DNA of 64,000 nt. Origin: Eledone cirrhosa (taxonomy: Eukaryota). Within the stretch, counting starts at the first letter, position 1. Each line of letters begins with the position of its first letter. Positions 24,007-38,402 of the stretch are shown one piece after another. Location: positions 360,282,001 through 360,346,000 of the forward strand of contig OZ024741.1 in NCBI GenBank assembly GCA_964016885.1. Reading direction: 5' to 3'. The notes under the pieces are model-generated. The model searched no databases. It was not told where the DNA came from and saw only the letters and a program-made list of their open reading frames with translations. Position numbers and translations under genes: made by a program.

Positions 24007-26831
24007 CTGAAAGAACAAATGATAATGATAACAATATAGTTTCTTTGTTATTGCCACAAGAGCAATGGATGTGGTGACATTACAAGGACAACAAATTGAA
24101 TTAAATATACAATTACCTCAAAATACGTGTCCTGTGTGACCAGTACCAGAGCTAGAAATCATAATTAGTGATACTACAATACTGTTTTGGGTTGGATCAT
24201 CATCATTTAAGGTTTGATTCCCTGTTAGCAAGGGTTGGAGGGGTTATGATAGGCCAAGTCAGAACTCAAGCAGAGCCACTGACCTCTCAGACAGGTTAGG
24301 GGCCAGTATCTTGTAAGCATATATTCCTGCGCTCTACAGAGTGCATTTTATTGTGGCACCCATACTAAGAAGGTCGAAATATCTTTGACACAGTTGAAGA
24401 GTCCTCTCAACCCTTTGTTTGGCAGGCTTTCTATAACTGAATGCCCGTCCTATCATCAACTTATTTCCAGAAAATACAGTACTGGGTGTGTTTATCGTGA
24501 AGATTACTGTAGATCACCAATGCTGGATGGTTGGACAAATTGAGAAATAAGACATTTATGGAACAAATTCTATTATGTTATTTTTAAGTTAATGTTTCAT
24601 TGTTGTAAACTGAACAAATGTTATTGGTTTTTGTCTAGCCCAAGGAGAGCCCTGATCACGCAAAAATATGATCAAAAGTATTCTAATTGTGACTATCTTG
24701 CCTTGTATATCTAGGACTACATTGTCAAATGGGAGCTTCCCTTCAAGAGGGTATGGTATGATTTGAGGGGGAGATTTTGCAGCAATTTCTAGCAAGACAA
24801 GTGACTGTGTAGAGGTGACTGTAGAGGTTCCTTCATTAGCATTTTCTTTTTAATATTTAGTCAAGAATAAAAGGGCAATTCTCATGACTTTTTTCAGAGT
24901 TTCTGAGAGTGGTGGAAGGGAGGGCGATATCCTCAAACCAAAGACATGGTTCAAATGCTTGGAACAAAATGTACTCTGCTAAAGGCACCCAAGGGCCAGG
25001 TGGTGGTGTTAAACCAGTTGAGAGATTTGTGATCTATGGATTATTTGTATTCTATGGATTAGTTGTCCAGCACATTGACCTTTCAGCTACCAGACCATCT
25101 GAAATATTTCAATGTACAGTTATACTGAATATCTTTATACGAAGTCTTGATATAATTCCACTTAATTTCCAGTTAATTTTGTCAATGGTTATTTAACTCG
25201 TTCAATACCCACACACCCAAAACTGTCCTTTGCTTCTTAATCTAAAGCTTTTTGTTTTAAAGTTTTTATATTAAATTTCTATGTAAGAACATTTTAAGTT
25301 ACTATATTCTAAACACTAGCTTAATCTTTTCAGTACTTTTCAGTTCTAATGAAACAGACTATGATTTTCAATTAATTTTTTAAATAACCAAGAGTGTAGA
25401 GGGATCTAGTAAAGTACATTTTTATTATTAAATGCTTGAGGCATAAAATTTTGATGATGTTTTAAATTTAAATATAAACACTATAAAATAGTATCATAAA
25501 ACCAAGGCTGGTTTTAGGTAGTTTGTTATCAAAATGGTTAATAAAGGATAAGGCAGTTATTTCATTAATCTCTCCAAACTGATTATTTTCAAAACACAAA
25601 AGCAGAATATTTCATTAGAAATATGGTCACAATTGGTTAATAGAATATAAAAATTTAAACCTCCCTGTAAAGTCTATTATTAGGAAGTCTTGATAGGGAG
25701 ACAAGCATACAAGCAGCAGCCAAAGTGTATCTATTAGTATAGAGGTAACAAATGAAAATACAGTTTACATTGTCTGTTATCAAGTCTAGTCTGCTAACAG
25801 CTATTTAGATAACCTTTGACATTATCCAACAATCACTAACACTCACTATGAACAATAAAGACATTGCTGTTTATATCAGTATTATGTGAATTAAACCTTA
25901 GGAGGGAAACGTGCTTGAATTTTTTATATAATAAAATAAATACTAGCATAAAAATACTTCATGCAAGAATACATTGCTAAAAATGTCAAATAACGAAAAA
26001 ATATTTCTATTTTCACTTATTTTCAATGTATTTAGAGAGTAAAGCAACAAACACTATGTCTGTGTGTGACCCAATTTAGATAAATTGCCAGTTGAAAATT
26101 TCCTTTACATGTTCCTCCATTAATGCCATAATCACTGAGATAAAAATGAATGTCACATTTGCTTGTCACCTCACTCATACATTTGTAGCCTTGTGCTAGA
26201 GCAAAACAATATTCTTATGACCATAAGCCCCTCAGCCACACACAAAACAAAAGAGCATGGGTTGGTCTACACTGGTTCATTTGAGAAATCTAATTGAAAC
26301 TATCTTAGCTGGTTTACTTCATTTTTTATACCCTTCTCTCCTTCATGCTAACCCCATGTAATCCCAGCATGCATTTAAACTGCCACTGCAGTCTATTAGT
26401 TTTAAAGAGTAAGATATTCCCCAATACGCTTCTAAATGCCTGAAGAAATCTGTCTGCTCTGACCAAATCAAGGTAAAGTCAGCCACCTGCTTGAAGATAC
26501 CAAGGTGTGAAAGCATCAGGAAAATCCCCCATATTTCAAGATACAATCCTTTCTCAACAATACCTGAACCCCATCCCCACCTACAGTACATACACTTTGT
26601 TGACATTGAAATGGGTGTGAAGAATAATGGTGTGATTGCAGGGTTTGGCTATTGCTCTGGCAGCAGTAGTAGCCTCTGTGGAATATGGCTTGTTGACAGA
26701 CTTTCTGCTGCTCTGTCAAACCTGACTTTCCACTTAGAAAATAGGAGGGTCATTTTTTTCTTCTTTTTACCTCAACAAAAACCTCTTTAGATGGATTTTT
26801 CATTTTAACTGCATTGCACAAGCAGATTTAA

Positions 26832-27052
26832 CCCTTTAGCATTTATATTACTCTCTATATACTATTGTATTTTTGCAGTAAAGGCTTTACATCACATAAT
26901 TATCCCACATAATATTGAATCTATGAGATTTTGATATTATTTATTTTGAGAACAATACCTTAACATTAGTATGAGTGGCTAGTTATGGCTAGTTTGAACA
27001 GAAAGAGGTTAGAGAATTAAGCCCGGATACGGCCGTTTTAAATGTTAAAGGG
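26832..27052. mobile_element. piggyBac-type MITE family A (~220 bp), complete copy
   Basis: TTAA|CCCTTTAGCATTTA ... TAAATGTTAAAGGG|TTAA. Related copies at ~555-741, 14333-14521, 34643-34845, 43564-43771, 52165-52370, 59438-59654 and 60949-61511. Confidence 0.85.
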
Positions 27053-27954
27053 TTAATGTAGCAGGTAAAGGTAACTCTGCACCTGTGTGTGTGTTTGTGC
27101 TTTGCCAAGAAAGAAAGGCACTACTGGGGGGGGGGGGGGGGGGGGGGCATCTTTTCGTCTTAGTGATTGGTTGTTGGTGGAGGAAATTTCATTGCTCATC
27201 ATTGCTTGCTCTTGTCTGTTACCTTCTTTGAATCAATCATGATGGTTACTATTGTTGATTTTGCTATTTGACGTAGTTCATCATTTCTGCTTCAATCTCA
27301 GCAACAAGTTGTTGCTCTAAATACTCCCAAATACTCTCTTTTTCCCTCAATGAAGACTGGAATAGCCATGATGGTAGTAGCTGTATTGGTGACTAGCTGA
27401 TGAGGTAAGTTTTTAGTGATGAAAGTGGTGAGTGGGAGACTAATAGCAACATCCTCCCCACTGTGTGACCCCCTCCTCACACACACACACACACACACTT
27501 CGTAACTAACTGTCAAATGTTCATGCCACGATTAAAATTTTGAATGTTTTTATAAAAAAGAAAAGTGTTTCTATTGTTGTCCAATATATATAATCTTAAT
27601 GGGGTGATAAACAGGAACTAACTCACATCCCAACCCATGATAGGAGCTGGCTCCACAAGAAAAGGAAACAAAATTCAACAACAAAACCCTAAATGGGTAA
27701 ACTATCAATAAATATTCTATAATTCTTTCTTCACTTTCTTTTGTTCCTTACTAAGCATTGGGGGAGACACCATTTCTGTAGCAATTCTGTAGTGATTACT
27801 TGAAAGCAAAGTTGCTGACCTTGTGCTCCAACAACCTCCACCCTTCTCAGCATGGGGTGAAAATTAACCTGGAATTTCAAAGTTAAGGAGAGAAGAGAAA
27901 TTCCATAAACCTTAAAGGTGCTGTCAGATGTAGCCAGGGACTTGTTTAAGACAG

Positions 27955-28213
27955 GATTGTAATGCTCTGTAGTAATGACTGAAGTCCCCTACAACAATGA
28001 CTGAAGTCACTAGCAAGGGTTGTAACACCCTGTAGTAAAGACTGAGGTCAATATCGAGAGTCATGACATAGAAATGACTAGGATCACTACCCACGGTTGT
28101 GACAGCCTGTAGCAATGACAAGTCCCTACCCAGCATCGTGACACGCTGTAGTAATGACTAGGATCACTACCCAGAGTTGTGACAGCCTGTAGCAATGACC
28201 AAGGTCACTACCC
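27955..28213. repeat. ~40-bp minisatellite (~6 degenerate units)
   Basis: Unit approximately ttgtgacagcctgtagcaatgactaggatcactacccaga, repeated with variation. Confidence 0.8.
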
Positions 28214-29045
28214 TCTACTCTATTCATTAATTTAGGGGACAACAATAAAAATAATTTAAGAAACATAAAAAATGAGTGGCATAGTCTGGAAACAACTCTG
28301 CTAATGCCACCACCAACACCAACAATACTGATTTTTACTTTAGGCACAAGAACAATGATTTGTGGGGAGGGAAAAATTGATCATATTTACCAGGTACTTG
28401 ACTGGTACTATTTTATTTACCCAGCAAAGATAAAATGCAAACACAACTAAATACCACGAGGTATTTTGTATAACAGTTCTAATAATCATGACAACAGGAG
28501 TTTCTGTTACTATGGTTGACAGGCAGTGACTAACGTCATTCAGTAAACTGTGATATGGTAATATTAATCCTTTCATTACCATATTTGTAATGAATGACAT
28601 TGTCAAATAATTATGAAAATAATCAAGAACTTAGAAGGATTCAGTAATATAAATAGTTTTCTCATTATTTTCATCCTTACGGGGTCGATAAAATAAAGTA
28701 CCAGTAATGCACTGGGTAATTGCTGGCCTTGTGCCTAAAGTAGAAACAATTATTAAGCTGGTGTTTGGATCATAACTTATAGATTCTTCTATAAAATTAT
28801 GATGGAAGGTTTTTAGATAAATAGAGACACTTTAAAATAATAAGTTTTGTAAATAAGCATTGGAGCATTAAGTGAATTGAAATGCTTAGAAAATATAGAA
28901 AATCTCCAAGATAGCATTTCAACTCACTCAACACTCCAATGTTTATTTACAAAATGTTGTCGCAGTGAAAAGCTGATATTTAGCTATATTTAAGCCAGTA
29001 ACTGTCGTCAGGGTTCATTTAACTCAATGGTACACAACACTCAGC

Positions 29046-29285
29046 TTGAATTTGAGAGGTATAGAATTTGATTCCTTGTATGAGAAAAGACCTGACGGCC
29101 TTACCCTGTGCTCCTGGTCGAGAGACAGGTGCCTTGTCTGGGACGTCACAGTTAGTGACTCTTTTGCTTCTTCCCATATCCTGGATGCTGCAGTTAGGGT
29201 GAAAGCCACAGCTTCCGCAGCCAAACGGAACAAAATCTTAAAATACCGTGATCTGTCAGCCAACTACATTTTCCTCGCAATTCTG
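29046..29285 (+). mobile_element. Fragment of a restriction-like endonuclease (RLE) domain of a CRE-like non-LTR retrotransposon
   Basis: RPDGLTLCSWSRDRCLVWDVTVSDSFASSH...A.A...K..KYRDL matches the PD-x(12-14)-D RLE signature RPDG.T..PW..G..LVWD.T..DT.A.S. Confidence 0.75.
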
Positions 29286-32200
29286 TTATCTTTTACTCTG
29301 GTAGCAGCCCGGTTGTCCACCCCTTTTGACTACCTTTTGCTGCATGTGGTCCCAGATGTGTGTGCTAACTGCTTCTGTGTTTTTGTTTCTTTTGTTTCTT
29401 TTCCTTTCTCTTTTTTGCTGTTTTCCCTTCCTTTTTATTCTATTTGTTTGTGCTTTTGTTCTGTAAACATTGTATTATATTTCTTTTTGTTAATTTTTAA
29501 AATCCAAATGAATAAATTCTATGATGAAACTACATAACTTATTTCTGCACTTCTTGCTATAAATACATATATTGAAAATGTAGAGCTAAGTCCATAAGGA
29601 GAACAATTTATCAGGTAGTATAGTAGCAAAATTGTAATTGCTTTAACATGAACAAATGCAACGTTCACTTCAGAAAGCTTTAACTGTTTTGATACCAAAT
29701 CCACCCAAAACCTCTTCTGGGTTTAAGACACAAAACCACCCAATTTAAAGGGTTATTAATCTAAATTAAAATATTCCAACATAATTTTAATATAATCTCA
29801 TAATCTGAATGCCATGAGTTTATTGTTCACCCAAGGGCAGATTGGAAAATGTAAAATAATGATGAACCCTTTATTAAGTTATGCTACAAATACTATCTTA
29901 ATAATGAAATTCTTCCACTCAGAGGCTCTGATAAAAGACAGCTGCCCAAGATACCATGCAGTGAGAGTGAACCTGAAACCACATGGTAATGTCTGTGTAT
30001 ACACTTCATACACAATTTTAAAAATATGTTGAAGCAGACATTACATGGCAACAAACCAACATGACTGATAGCTATATCAATATTGATTCCACTTCAAATT
30101 GAGTATGTGTGCATTCATACACACAAACGGGGTAGAGAGAGAGAGAGGAGGAAGAGTTAAATACAGTAATTAAAGAGCTAACTATAATACTGGCTTTGCC
30201 TTACCAGGTGCTGCTCTTACAGTGGCACACATATGTATTAATATCAACATTTCTGGTGTTTATCAACAAACCCAAACAGTTGGAACACTGCACTAAATAT
30301 CATCAGTGTCGGTTACATAAAAATATGAAAAACTAGATCAGAACTAAACAAATGTAGTTGTTTTTAATAGTGGTGAATGTGGTGGTGATGAGGATATTAG
30401 AAGCAGTACAGTAGTAGGAGTGATAGAGATGGTGGTGGTAATAGTAGTAAGGTTTGTTTCTTCAAGGACAGGTCCTGCTTGAAACTTTAGATTTTTCCTG
30501 CACACCAGCAAAAATAATCTATTCCACTTTTCTATACTTATTGTCTGCCAATGTAGACCATGACTGATTTTGTTGGATATTATAAGTTAACAGTTTAACC
30601 CTTTTGATATCAAACAACTAAAAGAAAGACGCTGGTTCTATGATACAAAACTATTTTTTTGAAAATGTTTACCATCATCATCATCATTTAATGTCCATTT
30701 CCTCTGCTAGCAAGGGTTGGATGGATTTTCACAGACTGAGTCAGCACTGAAGCAGGACTACTGAACTCTCAGATTAGCTGGAGGTCTGCATCTCACATAT
30801 GATCTCATTTCATCATGACACTAGCACTAGGGAGGTTGTTATGTTTTTGACAAAGTTGAAAGGTCCTCGTGATTCAAAGTTTTCTATGGCTAAAAACCTT
30901 CCATCATAATTTTATGTAAGAACCTTTGTAAAATTATGCTTCAAACACCAGCTTAAAAATGAGAAAGTTAGTTATATTACTAAATCCCTCCAAGTGATTT
31001 GAAAAAAAATCATAGGTAGTTAATCAAGCAGATCAGTGACCAAGCTCTTGGTAATAGTCCCAGACCAGATGTATAATGTAGATGCTGTATCAAACTGCTC
31101 ATTAAGTATTTTAGTAACCAGTGCTAAATACATATGATTTATGAATTAAGGGCATCAAATTAAATACTTCAGTGTTTGTTCCAGCTTACTGGACTTCAAG
31201 TTTAAATCCTACTATAGGAATCATAAATTAAGTAGTCTGGGAGCAGTAGATGGGCAGAATTATTAAAGAATACTTTGTACTATTTGATCTGGTCCAGTGC
31301 ATTTTAAGTTCAAATCCTGTTTCCTACCAAGAGTTGTGACTGGCAAATAGTATCAGCAATGGAAAGGCCAATGGAAACATTGTTTTCTTGATCCAATCTT
31401 GCATGGGGTACAAGTAAATACATGTAATGAATATGATACACTGACAAGTAGCAGAGCAGAATAAAAGAATTAGAAGCTGAGGCAAGAAGGCCATAGGCCC
31501 ATACCAACTGGCTTGTCTGCTACAACCACTACTCCCCGTTTAGCCTATTTGTGTCACTGGTGTAATCGACCAGATGTTTGATTGATTAAAGCTTCTATGC
31601 CTGGGGACATGTCACAAAATCAACACTTCAAATACAACTAGATTAGTCTACAGAAACCATATTATAAGCACTATATTAAAAGTTGCTTCATCAAACAAAT
31701 AAAAATACAGCACGATTTGAACTAACAGAACCTTATTAAGACACCTAACTAGTAACATTTATATCCAGACGTGGATAATGATTACGATTTAACCCTTTCA
31801 TCACCATAGTTGTAATGAAAGACACTGCCTTTGATTCCTGGACCAAGCAGTATGTTGCGTTCTTGAGCAAGATGCCTTATTTCCCATAGCCTATGTATGT
31901 ATGAGTCACGATAAGACTTGAGTCCTTATCATTAAAATACCCGAAAACCCTCCTATGAAATGCAACCTAATAGGAGGCTTGCTAAACCTATATAGGTGTG
32001 AGCTGTATCATAAGACTAGAGCCCCTATCATAAGAACACTCAAGAAATCTATGTGATGCAACTTCAAAGGAGGCCAGCGAAATCTACATGGATGTGAGCT
32101 GTAACAACATTGTTTAATCCATGAGGATGAGAATATTGATGTGATTATAAGGAAATAAAACCTAAAAATCTGAAGCTGAAATGCTGATTTTTGCAGTATA

Positions 32201-35200
32201 GTTCCAAAAATATATTCCATCAGTTCTATATTGATGGAATGAACATCTATCAGTTTCAGTGATGAGTGTTCCAGTATGTTAAAATAAAGAGCAACTGGTT
32301 GAGGATTCCACAAATATGTGTACCCTTAATGTAAATTCTCTAGGAGATTCCACGAGATACATGTGATAAGGCTGGCCTTTTGAATTACAAAAGTAGCTCA
32401 TTTTATTTTAATATTAAGTTGTTGAACATTCTACACACAAGTACCTGCAACAATTCTCAGGAAGATTCAGCATAACTGTGTGTGACAATGCTAGCCTTTT
32501 GAATTACCAGCACAGTCCATCTTGTATTATGATATAAATAACATTTTACGGTGAATTGGCAGTATCGGTAGAGGGTCAGACGCCATGCTTTGCAAGCAAA
32601 GAGTTACGGCCCTTTATTGTCTGAGTTCAAATCCCGCCGAGGTTAACTTTGCCGTTCATCCTTATGAGGACGATAAAATAAAGTACCAGTAATACACTGG
32701 GAAAATTGCTGGCCTTGTGACAAAAGTAGAAACAATTATGATATAAATAACTAATATTCAATAGACATATTTACACTTAATATCATTTTCTGGGAGATTC
32801 AACATGACAGTGACAAGGCTAGTACTTTGAATTGCAAGCACAGTATATCTTGTATATTTAACCCATTTGATATCAAACAGCCTGAAACTGTCCCTGGTTC
32901 TACGATACAAAACTGTATGTTTTAAAGTGTTTATATTTATCTAAAAACCATTGTAATTTTTTTGAGAATTTTTGTTAAGTTATATTCCAATGAGAAAGTT
33001 ATATTACTGAAATTCTTGATTATTTTTTAAATGATTTCAAAATCATAGGTAGTGTTTATCATAAGAAATATGGTTAATAAAAGGCTATAGTATCTTTAGA
33101 AGTGGACAGGTCATTTTTGAAAAGTAAAAAATTGCACTGTGACTGTAATCACATGAAAAAGTCTCTACTTTAATGCTGCAAACCTTCGCTAGTCTGCTAG
33201 TAAAGATACTATAAACACGTACCCATAACATAATTCTTAAAGAAATTGTGCAACATGGTTGGCCTTTTATAACTAAAAACATTTTCTGTAATCTACCAGA
33301 CCCCTACCACTTGGGGGGGGGGGTGTTCTGCCAGTCATTTCACATTTAATGAAATATGCAAGCATGAGCTATGTTTAACCTTCTCAACTACATCCGACAG
33401 AGTGCTGATGATGTACAGCATCCTCCAGTGATGGCACTAAACTCCTCCCAGAAAAATGCAGCCCCAGCTTGCTGAAGTTCATTGAATCAGCCTCTTCTCC
33501 CACTCACACCCCTATGTCTCATCTACCATAACTCAATATTTTCTTATACATAGTATCTCACAAATAATGATTACACACTCACACACATCTATATGACTGT
33601 GTGGAGAGGGCTATATCTATATCCCCTAGACCCCACTTCCTTTAATAGTTATGCCTCAAGGAAATAGTTACCTCACCACACTTTTTTTAAAATCTTACAT
33701 AGCTTTCTTATACATCTTTACCTGCAATCTATCATTCTTATATGCTTTTGATCTGCAGACCAATGTTTCTTCTGACAGGATATATTGCTATTGTTGTAAT
33801 CAGTTATTGTTAATGTAGAAACAAGAGAGTTAAGACCCTCTACATTTTTTATTCAACCTCCAACCCATCCCACTGCTAAGGTCAATTTTCCCTTCCTCTT
33901 TCTTATTGATAAACAAAAAATAGCAGTCAATGAAGGGGTTGATTAAAACCAACTACACACCTATATTGTGCCAAAGTTAGTGATCTTTTATTGTTATTAT
34001 TTCCTATGTAAGAAGAATGTAAAAAAAAAACTATCAATATCATTGTTTATATTGCTAGAAAAAAAAAACAATAACATAGCATTGAAAAAGAAATGTTATG
34101 ATTAGCTAGGTTGTAACAACTATTTTGAAGTAACCAGAGATACACTTTTAAAATCTACAGCAGAGATTCTGAATGTGAAGCACACTGAATATGTGTGGTA
34201 CAACTTTTCTAAATTCTAGATTATATATTTTTAACACCAAACATGCTTTAAGAGACACATCAAATATTTTCAGGTGTTGCGGTGGGTCATGGAGTAAAAA
34301 AAGGTTAAGAACTAGAGACTGACAGCCTTTAACTGTATTGAATTAGCACTGAATAGATTAAATGAAGACCAAAGATAGTAGTATCCTTCCTCAATTGTAG
34401 ATACAGCATAACCAAATGGTTATGGGATTGGCATCGTAATCATTATGTCTCAGGTTAGATCCTATTGCATAGCATCTTGGGCAAGTGTCATTTACCAGAG
34501 TCTTAAATCAATCTATGCTTTGTGAATGAAATTGGATAGACAGAAACTGTTTGGAACTCTATCAGATGGACTGTACTTATAATTTAAAGAGCCAGCCTTG
34601 TAACACATTGTGTCATGCTAAATTTCTAGAGAATTACATTAACCCTTTAGCATTTAAACCGGCCATATCCGGTCAGAATTATCTCACCTCTTTCTGCCCA
34701 AACCAACCATAATCAGCTGCTCATACCAATGTTAAGGTATTGTTCTCAAAATAATAACATCAAAATCTCGTAGCTTTGATATTATGTGAGAATTATTTGA
34801 GATAAAGCCTTTACCATGAAAATACAATAGTAAATATAAAGTAGACATGCCTATCGAATGCACAGCCACTTACATGGAATTTCACAAGCCAGCCATTCCA
34901 TTGACTGAACAACTGGAACATGTATCATTGAAACTGATGTATGTCCCATTCAATCCATTCAATTTGTTAATTAGGCAAGAGATGAGATATGAACATTTGA
35001 CAGATAATATATTCACTTATTTATTTCATGGTGTCAAAATTTGTCACACTCTTAGTGAATTAGTTATTGACACAATTTTACTGCAGTGGAATTATGTCAA
35101 TGACAAAGTTGCAAATCCTTTGAAATACAGATTGTGCATATGCATGTATATGTGAAATGGACTGTATTTGCATGTGTGCACAAGCGTGTGGGAAATTTAA

Positions 35201-35462
35201 AAAATGTGTGTGTGTGTGTGTCTATATATATATATATGTGTGTTGAAAAAGAAGATAAGTAATTCCTATTGTCAGGTATAACCTATAAATTATGTTGACT
35301 GCTTTTATTTCTTATACTGAGGTTAAACCAGAACTTGGGTTTAAAACTTTCGAAATTTTATTCAGAGGTCGTGTTAACCATTTTTTCATCTCACACACAC
35401 ACACACACATACACATCTCATCCATCATTTTCCGTCCGCTTTTCCCTGCTTGCAAGGGTGGG

Positions 35463-35527
<65 letters not shown>

Positions 35528-35809
35528 CCACTAACTAAAACACGCAAATATACACAAAAGAGAAACACACCCAGAAGAAACACTCATACACAAACACATA
35601 TATACAAACAAATACAAACACACACACATGAATTAAAGTACACTATTGAGCCCATTCCTCTATTAAATATACACTCCTTTTGACACCTGTATATAGTCCA
35701 ACAGTATCAAATTCTATTAATATACAACACCCAATCTGCTTGTTGATACAATGTATAGAGAATGTCATAAGGAGCAAGTTGTCAGTAGGTGTGCACTGAA
35801 GGACTTTTG

Positions 35810-36545
35810 TTCATCATTATCATCGATTACCAGCTATCTTCCACACTAGCATGAGTTAGACAGGTTTGTCCTATTTAGAGGCAAATTGGGTCGGGTGACC
35901 CTGTCTCGCTCATATATAGGAGAGTTTCTGGCTGGTTTTCTACAGTTGGATGTCCTTCTTAATGCCAACCACATTGACAGTGTAGGCTGGGTACTTTTTG
36001 CTGTGTCTTTTACACACTTTACAGTGTAGGTTGGATGTTTTAGGGTTGATTTTCTACGGCTGGATGCCCTTCCTACTGCCAACCACATTTACAGTGTAGG
36101 CTGGGTGCTTTTTGTCGTGACACCTACACGATCACTTTACAGTGTGGGCTGGCTGTTTTGTGGTACCAGTATAATATACATATACATACATGCACATATC
36201 ATGATAATGCTATACACACATATATATATATATATTTGCGTGCATATACATATACCATATATGTAATATACATACTCATATCATACATATACATACACAC
36301 TTCATATATATATACACACAAATATATCATCAACCTCATCGATTAGCATCCATCATTCGTGGGTTGGATGGATTGGCTCTTGTTTAGCTCACCTGGATTG
36401 GTTTCTACAGCTGGGTGCCCTTTCTACTGCCAACTACATTACAGTGTGTGGTGGGTGCTTTTTGTCATGTCACCTACACGACCACATTACAGTGTGGACT
36501 GGACACTTTTTTCATGACACCTACACGACCACTTTACAGTGGAGC
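35810..36545 (-). repeat. Cluster of RTE-3'UTR-derived ~45-bp repeats
   Basis: Multiple ttacagtgtaggctgggtgctttttgtcgtgacacctacacga and ggatgcccttcct...ccaaccac modules. A similar array occurs at 47340-47545. Confidence 0.7.
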
Positions 36546-36879
36546 CTTGGCACTTTTGTCTTGGGACTGGGGGGGGGGGAGCTTGGGCGAAGATGTGAAC
36601 AGGGTAGTAGGGGAGTTATGGTTACCGCTAAGGGAGGTGAGTGAGAGGAGATAGAAGGTTGAAGAAGGTGTTGCCTACTACGTATAAGCCTCATCCTGAG
36701 AATAATAGTGGGCGGGTCTTCTGTAAAGCTGCATAGCGCCAGAGGTCACAGTGCTGTGTCGTTGCCTTTGAGAGGTGTAATTGTGCAAGGTCAGCTTTTA
36801 TTACATCATCCCAAGTCTTCCTAAGCCTGCCCACACCACCGCTACTATCGACTTTGAGTGCTCTGCACCTTATTGTTCA

Positions 36880-37320
36880 CATTTAAACAGGGATAAAAGA
36901 TTACACTACTGTGTGATTCAATGTGGTGCAGTGTGGAGGTGTATGGTTTGGTGTGGTTGCTGTTTCTAAAGCTCATAACTATATAGGTTTAGCTGGTTAG
37001 AAATTGGAGTGTGTTGGTGAGCAACTTCATACTAATTAATTAGGATCCATTTTTGTGTATGGGGCAATACAGTCTAGGATTTTTTTGTGTATAGCAGCAA
37101 CACCATCATAGATGTGACGACAGTACTCCATAGTGGGTCTCACCTGGGCTTTACAGAGGTTTAGTAGTTGTTTGCCTACATAGAGGCTCTCAAAGTCCTT
37201 GTTTATAGAAGAGGCTCTCTTTGAAAGTTAATGTTTAATGGAGCTCTGTGTCGTAACAGCACCATCTTAGGTGTGAGGGCAATAACTCCATTGTGGGTTT
37301 CACCTGAGCCTTTTAGAAGC
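36880..37320 (-). mobile_element. Decayed CR1/Jockey-group LINE fragment with an internal duplication
   Basis: The minus strand gives QLLNLCKAQVRPTMEYCRHIYDG...ILDCI (cf. L.LYKA.VRP.MEYCS.IW). The AQV(R/K)PTME segment occurs twice (~37090-37160 and ~37250-37315). Confidence 0.6.
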
Positions 37321-37899
37321 TCCTTTAAAAGTCTTTATGGGAATAGTTTAGGTCTATCAGAAGTTGATGATATTAGCTCTTGATTGAACACAGAGTTTAA
37401 AGATTGTAAAAGACTGGAGAGTTATGTCATCTGTATTATGTGATGTTAGTAATTATCAACTAACAGTTATTTTGTTATTACAGCTCACACTTATGTAGGT
37501 TTAGTTGGCGTCCTACAAGGTTACATCCTATAAGGTTTCTCACATGTTATAACCCTTCTCATAACCCCAGTGAAACATATTCAGATTTGACATTAGAAAT
37601 TGAACATATGATCTTATGATCACGAGTTCAACACCATAACCAGATCAATTCTGATCAAACAGACCTATGATCAAAAGCCACAACAATCCTCTTTTACTGG
37701 GAATATGAATATTGGAATATGAATATGTAAGACTAGATTATCTAATGTATCCTTCTATATTAAATATAAATATATAAAAATGAATATTAATCTCTCCATA
37801 TTCAACAATGAATTCTTTTTTCATAAAGGAATATAAATATGTATTACTAAATGAAGAAACCAGTATCATTATTAAATAATGAAATCAATATTATTGTTA

Positions 37900-38245
37900 T
37901 TACATTATCTAAAGTGTCCTGACCACATACAAAGGTGTGATTTGTAGGAGATTAGACTTCTATTTTAAGCAAGTTAGTTGTATGGTGTGATTTATCACAT
38001 TATCTAATGTGTCCTGCCGATATATACAAGATGGCATGGTGTAGTTTGAGGGTAATTATGCTGCTATTTCTAGCAGGGCAGACTGCAAGTTGGAGACTTC
38101 TTGTTGGCTTCTGTGGTGTGATTTAGCACATTATATATGTTTTGTCAATATAAATGACAGTAGGGTGTGATTTGAGGGAGGATAGCTATTTCTAGCAGTG
38201 GTGGCCACTACACAAAAGCCTCTTGTTAGTTTATGTTGTGTGGCT
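37900..38245. repeat. Three tandem ~100-130-bp degenerate units
   Basis: Recurrent acattatctaa.gtgtcctg...ggtgtgatttgaggg...ctatttctagcag. The same module occurs dispersed at ~24715-24800 and ~52885-52980. Confidence 0.6.
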
Positions 38246-38402
38246 CAGTGTATGTGTGTGTTTAATAAATGGCCTATACAAGTTCCAAATTGTAACAATA
38301 TATAGGTTACATTGATTAAATGGTATCATTGTTGATATGTTAGAAAGTAAATTTTGATAATAAACAAAAAATAATCTAGTCAAAGTGATGTGCCCTACTT
38401 AC

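Larger units (their letters stand above)
24007..38402 (-). other. GT-AG intron (14,396 bp, phase 2) between the two recognised exons
   Basis: Bounded by the donor and acceptor above; the reading frame is continuous across the junction (AYPAG|CVIT). Confidence 0.85.

Noticed and set aside
27955-28213. Regularly spaced repeats resembling a CRISPR array
   Set aside because: Contiguous tandem units without unique spacers, no cas genes, eukaryotic context.
28945-29013. Minus-strand CTGACGA-cagt...actg-c-GACA-acatttt-GTA, hammerhead-like
   Set aside because: GAAA is replaced by GACA and there is no stem I. At best a decayed relic, so it is not called.
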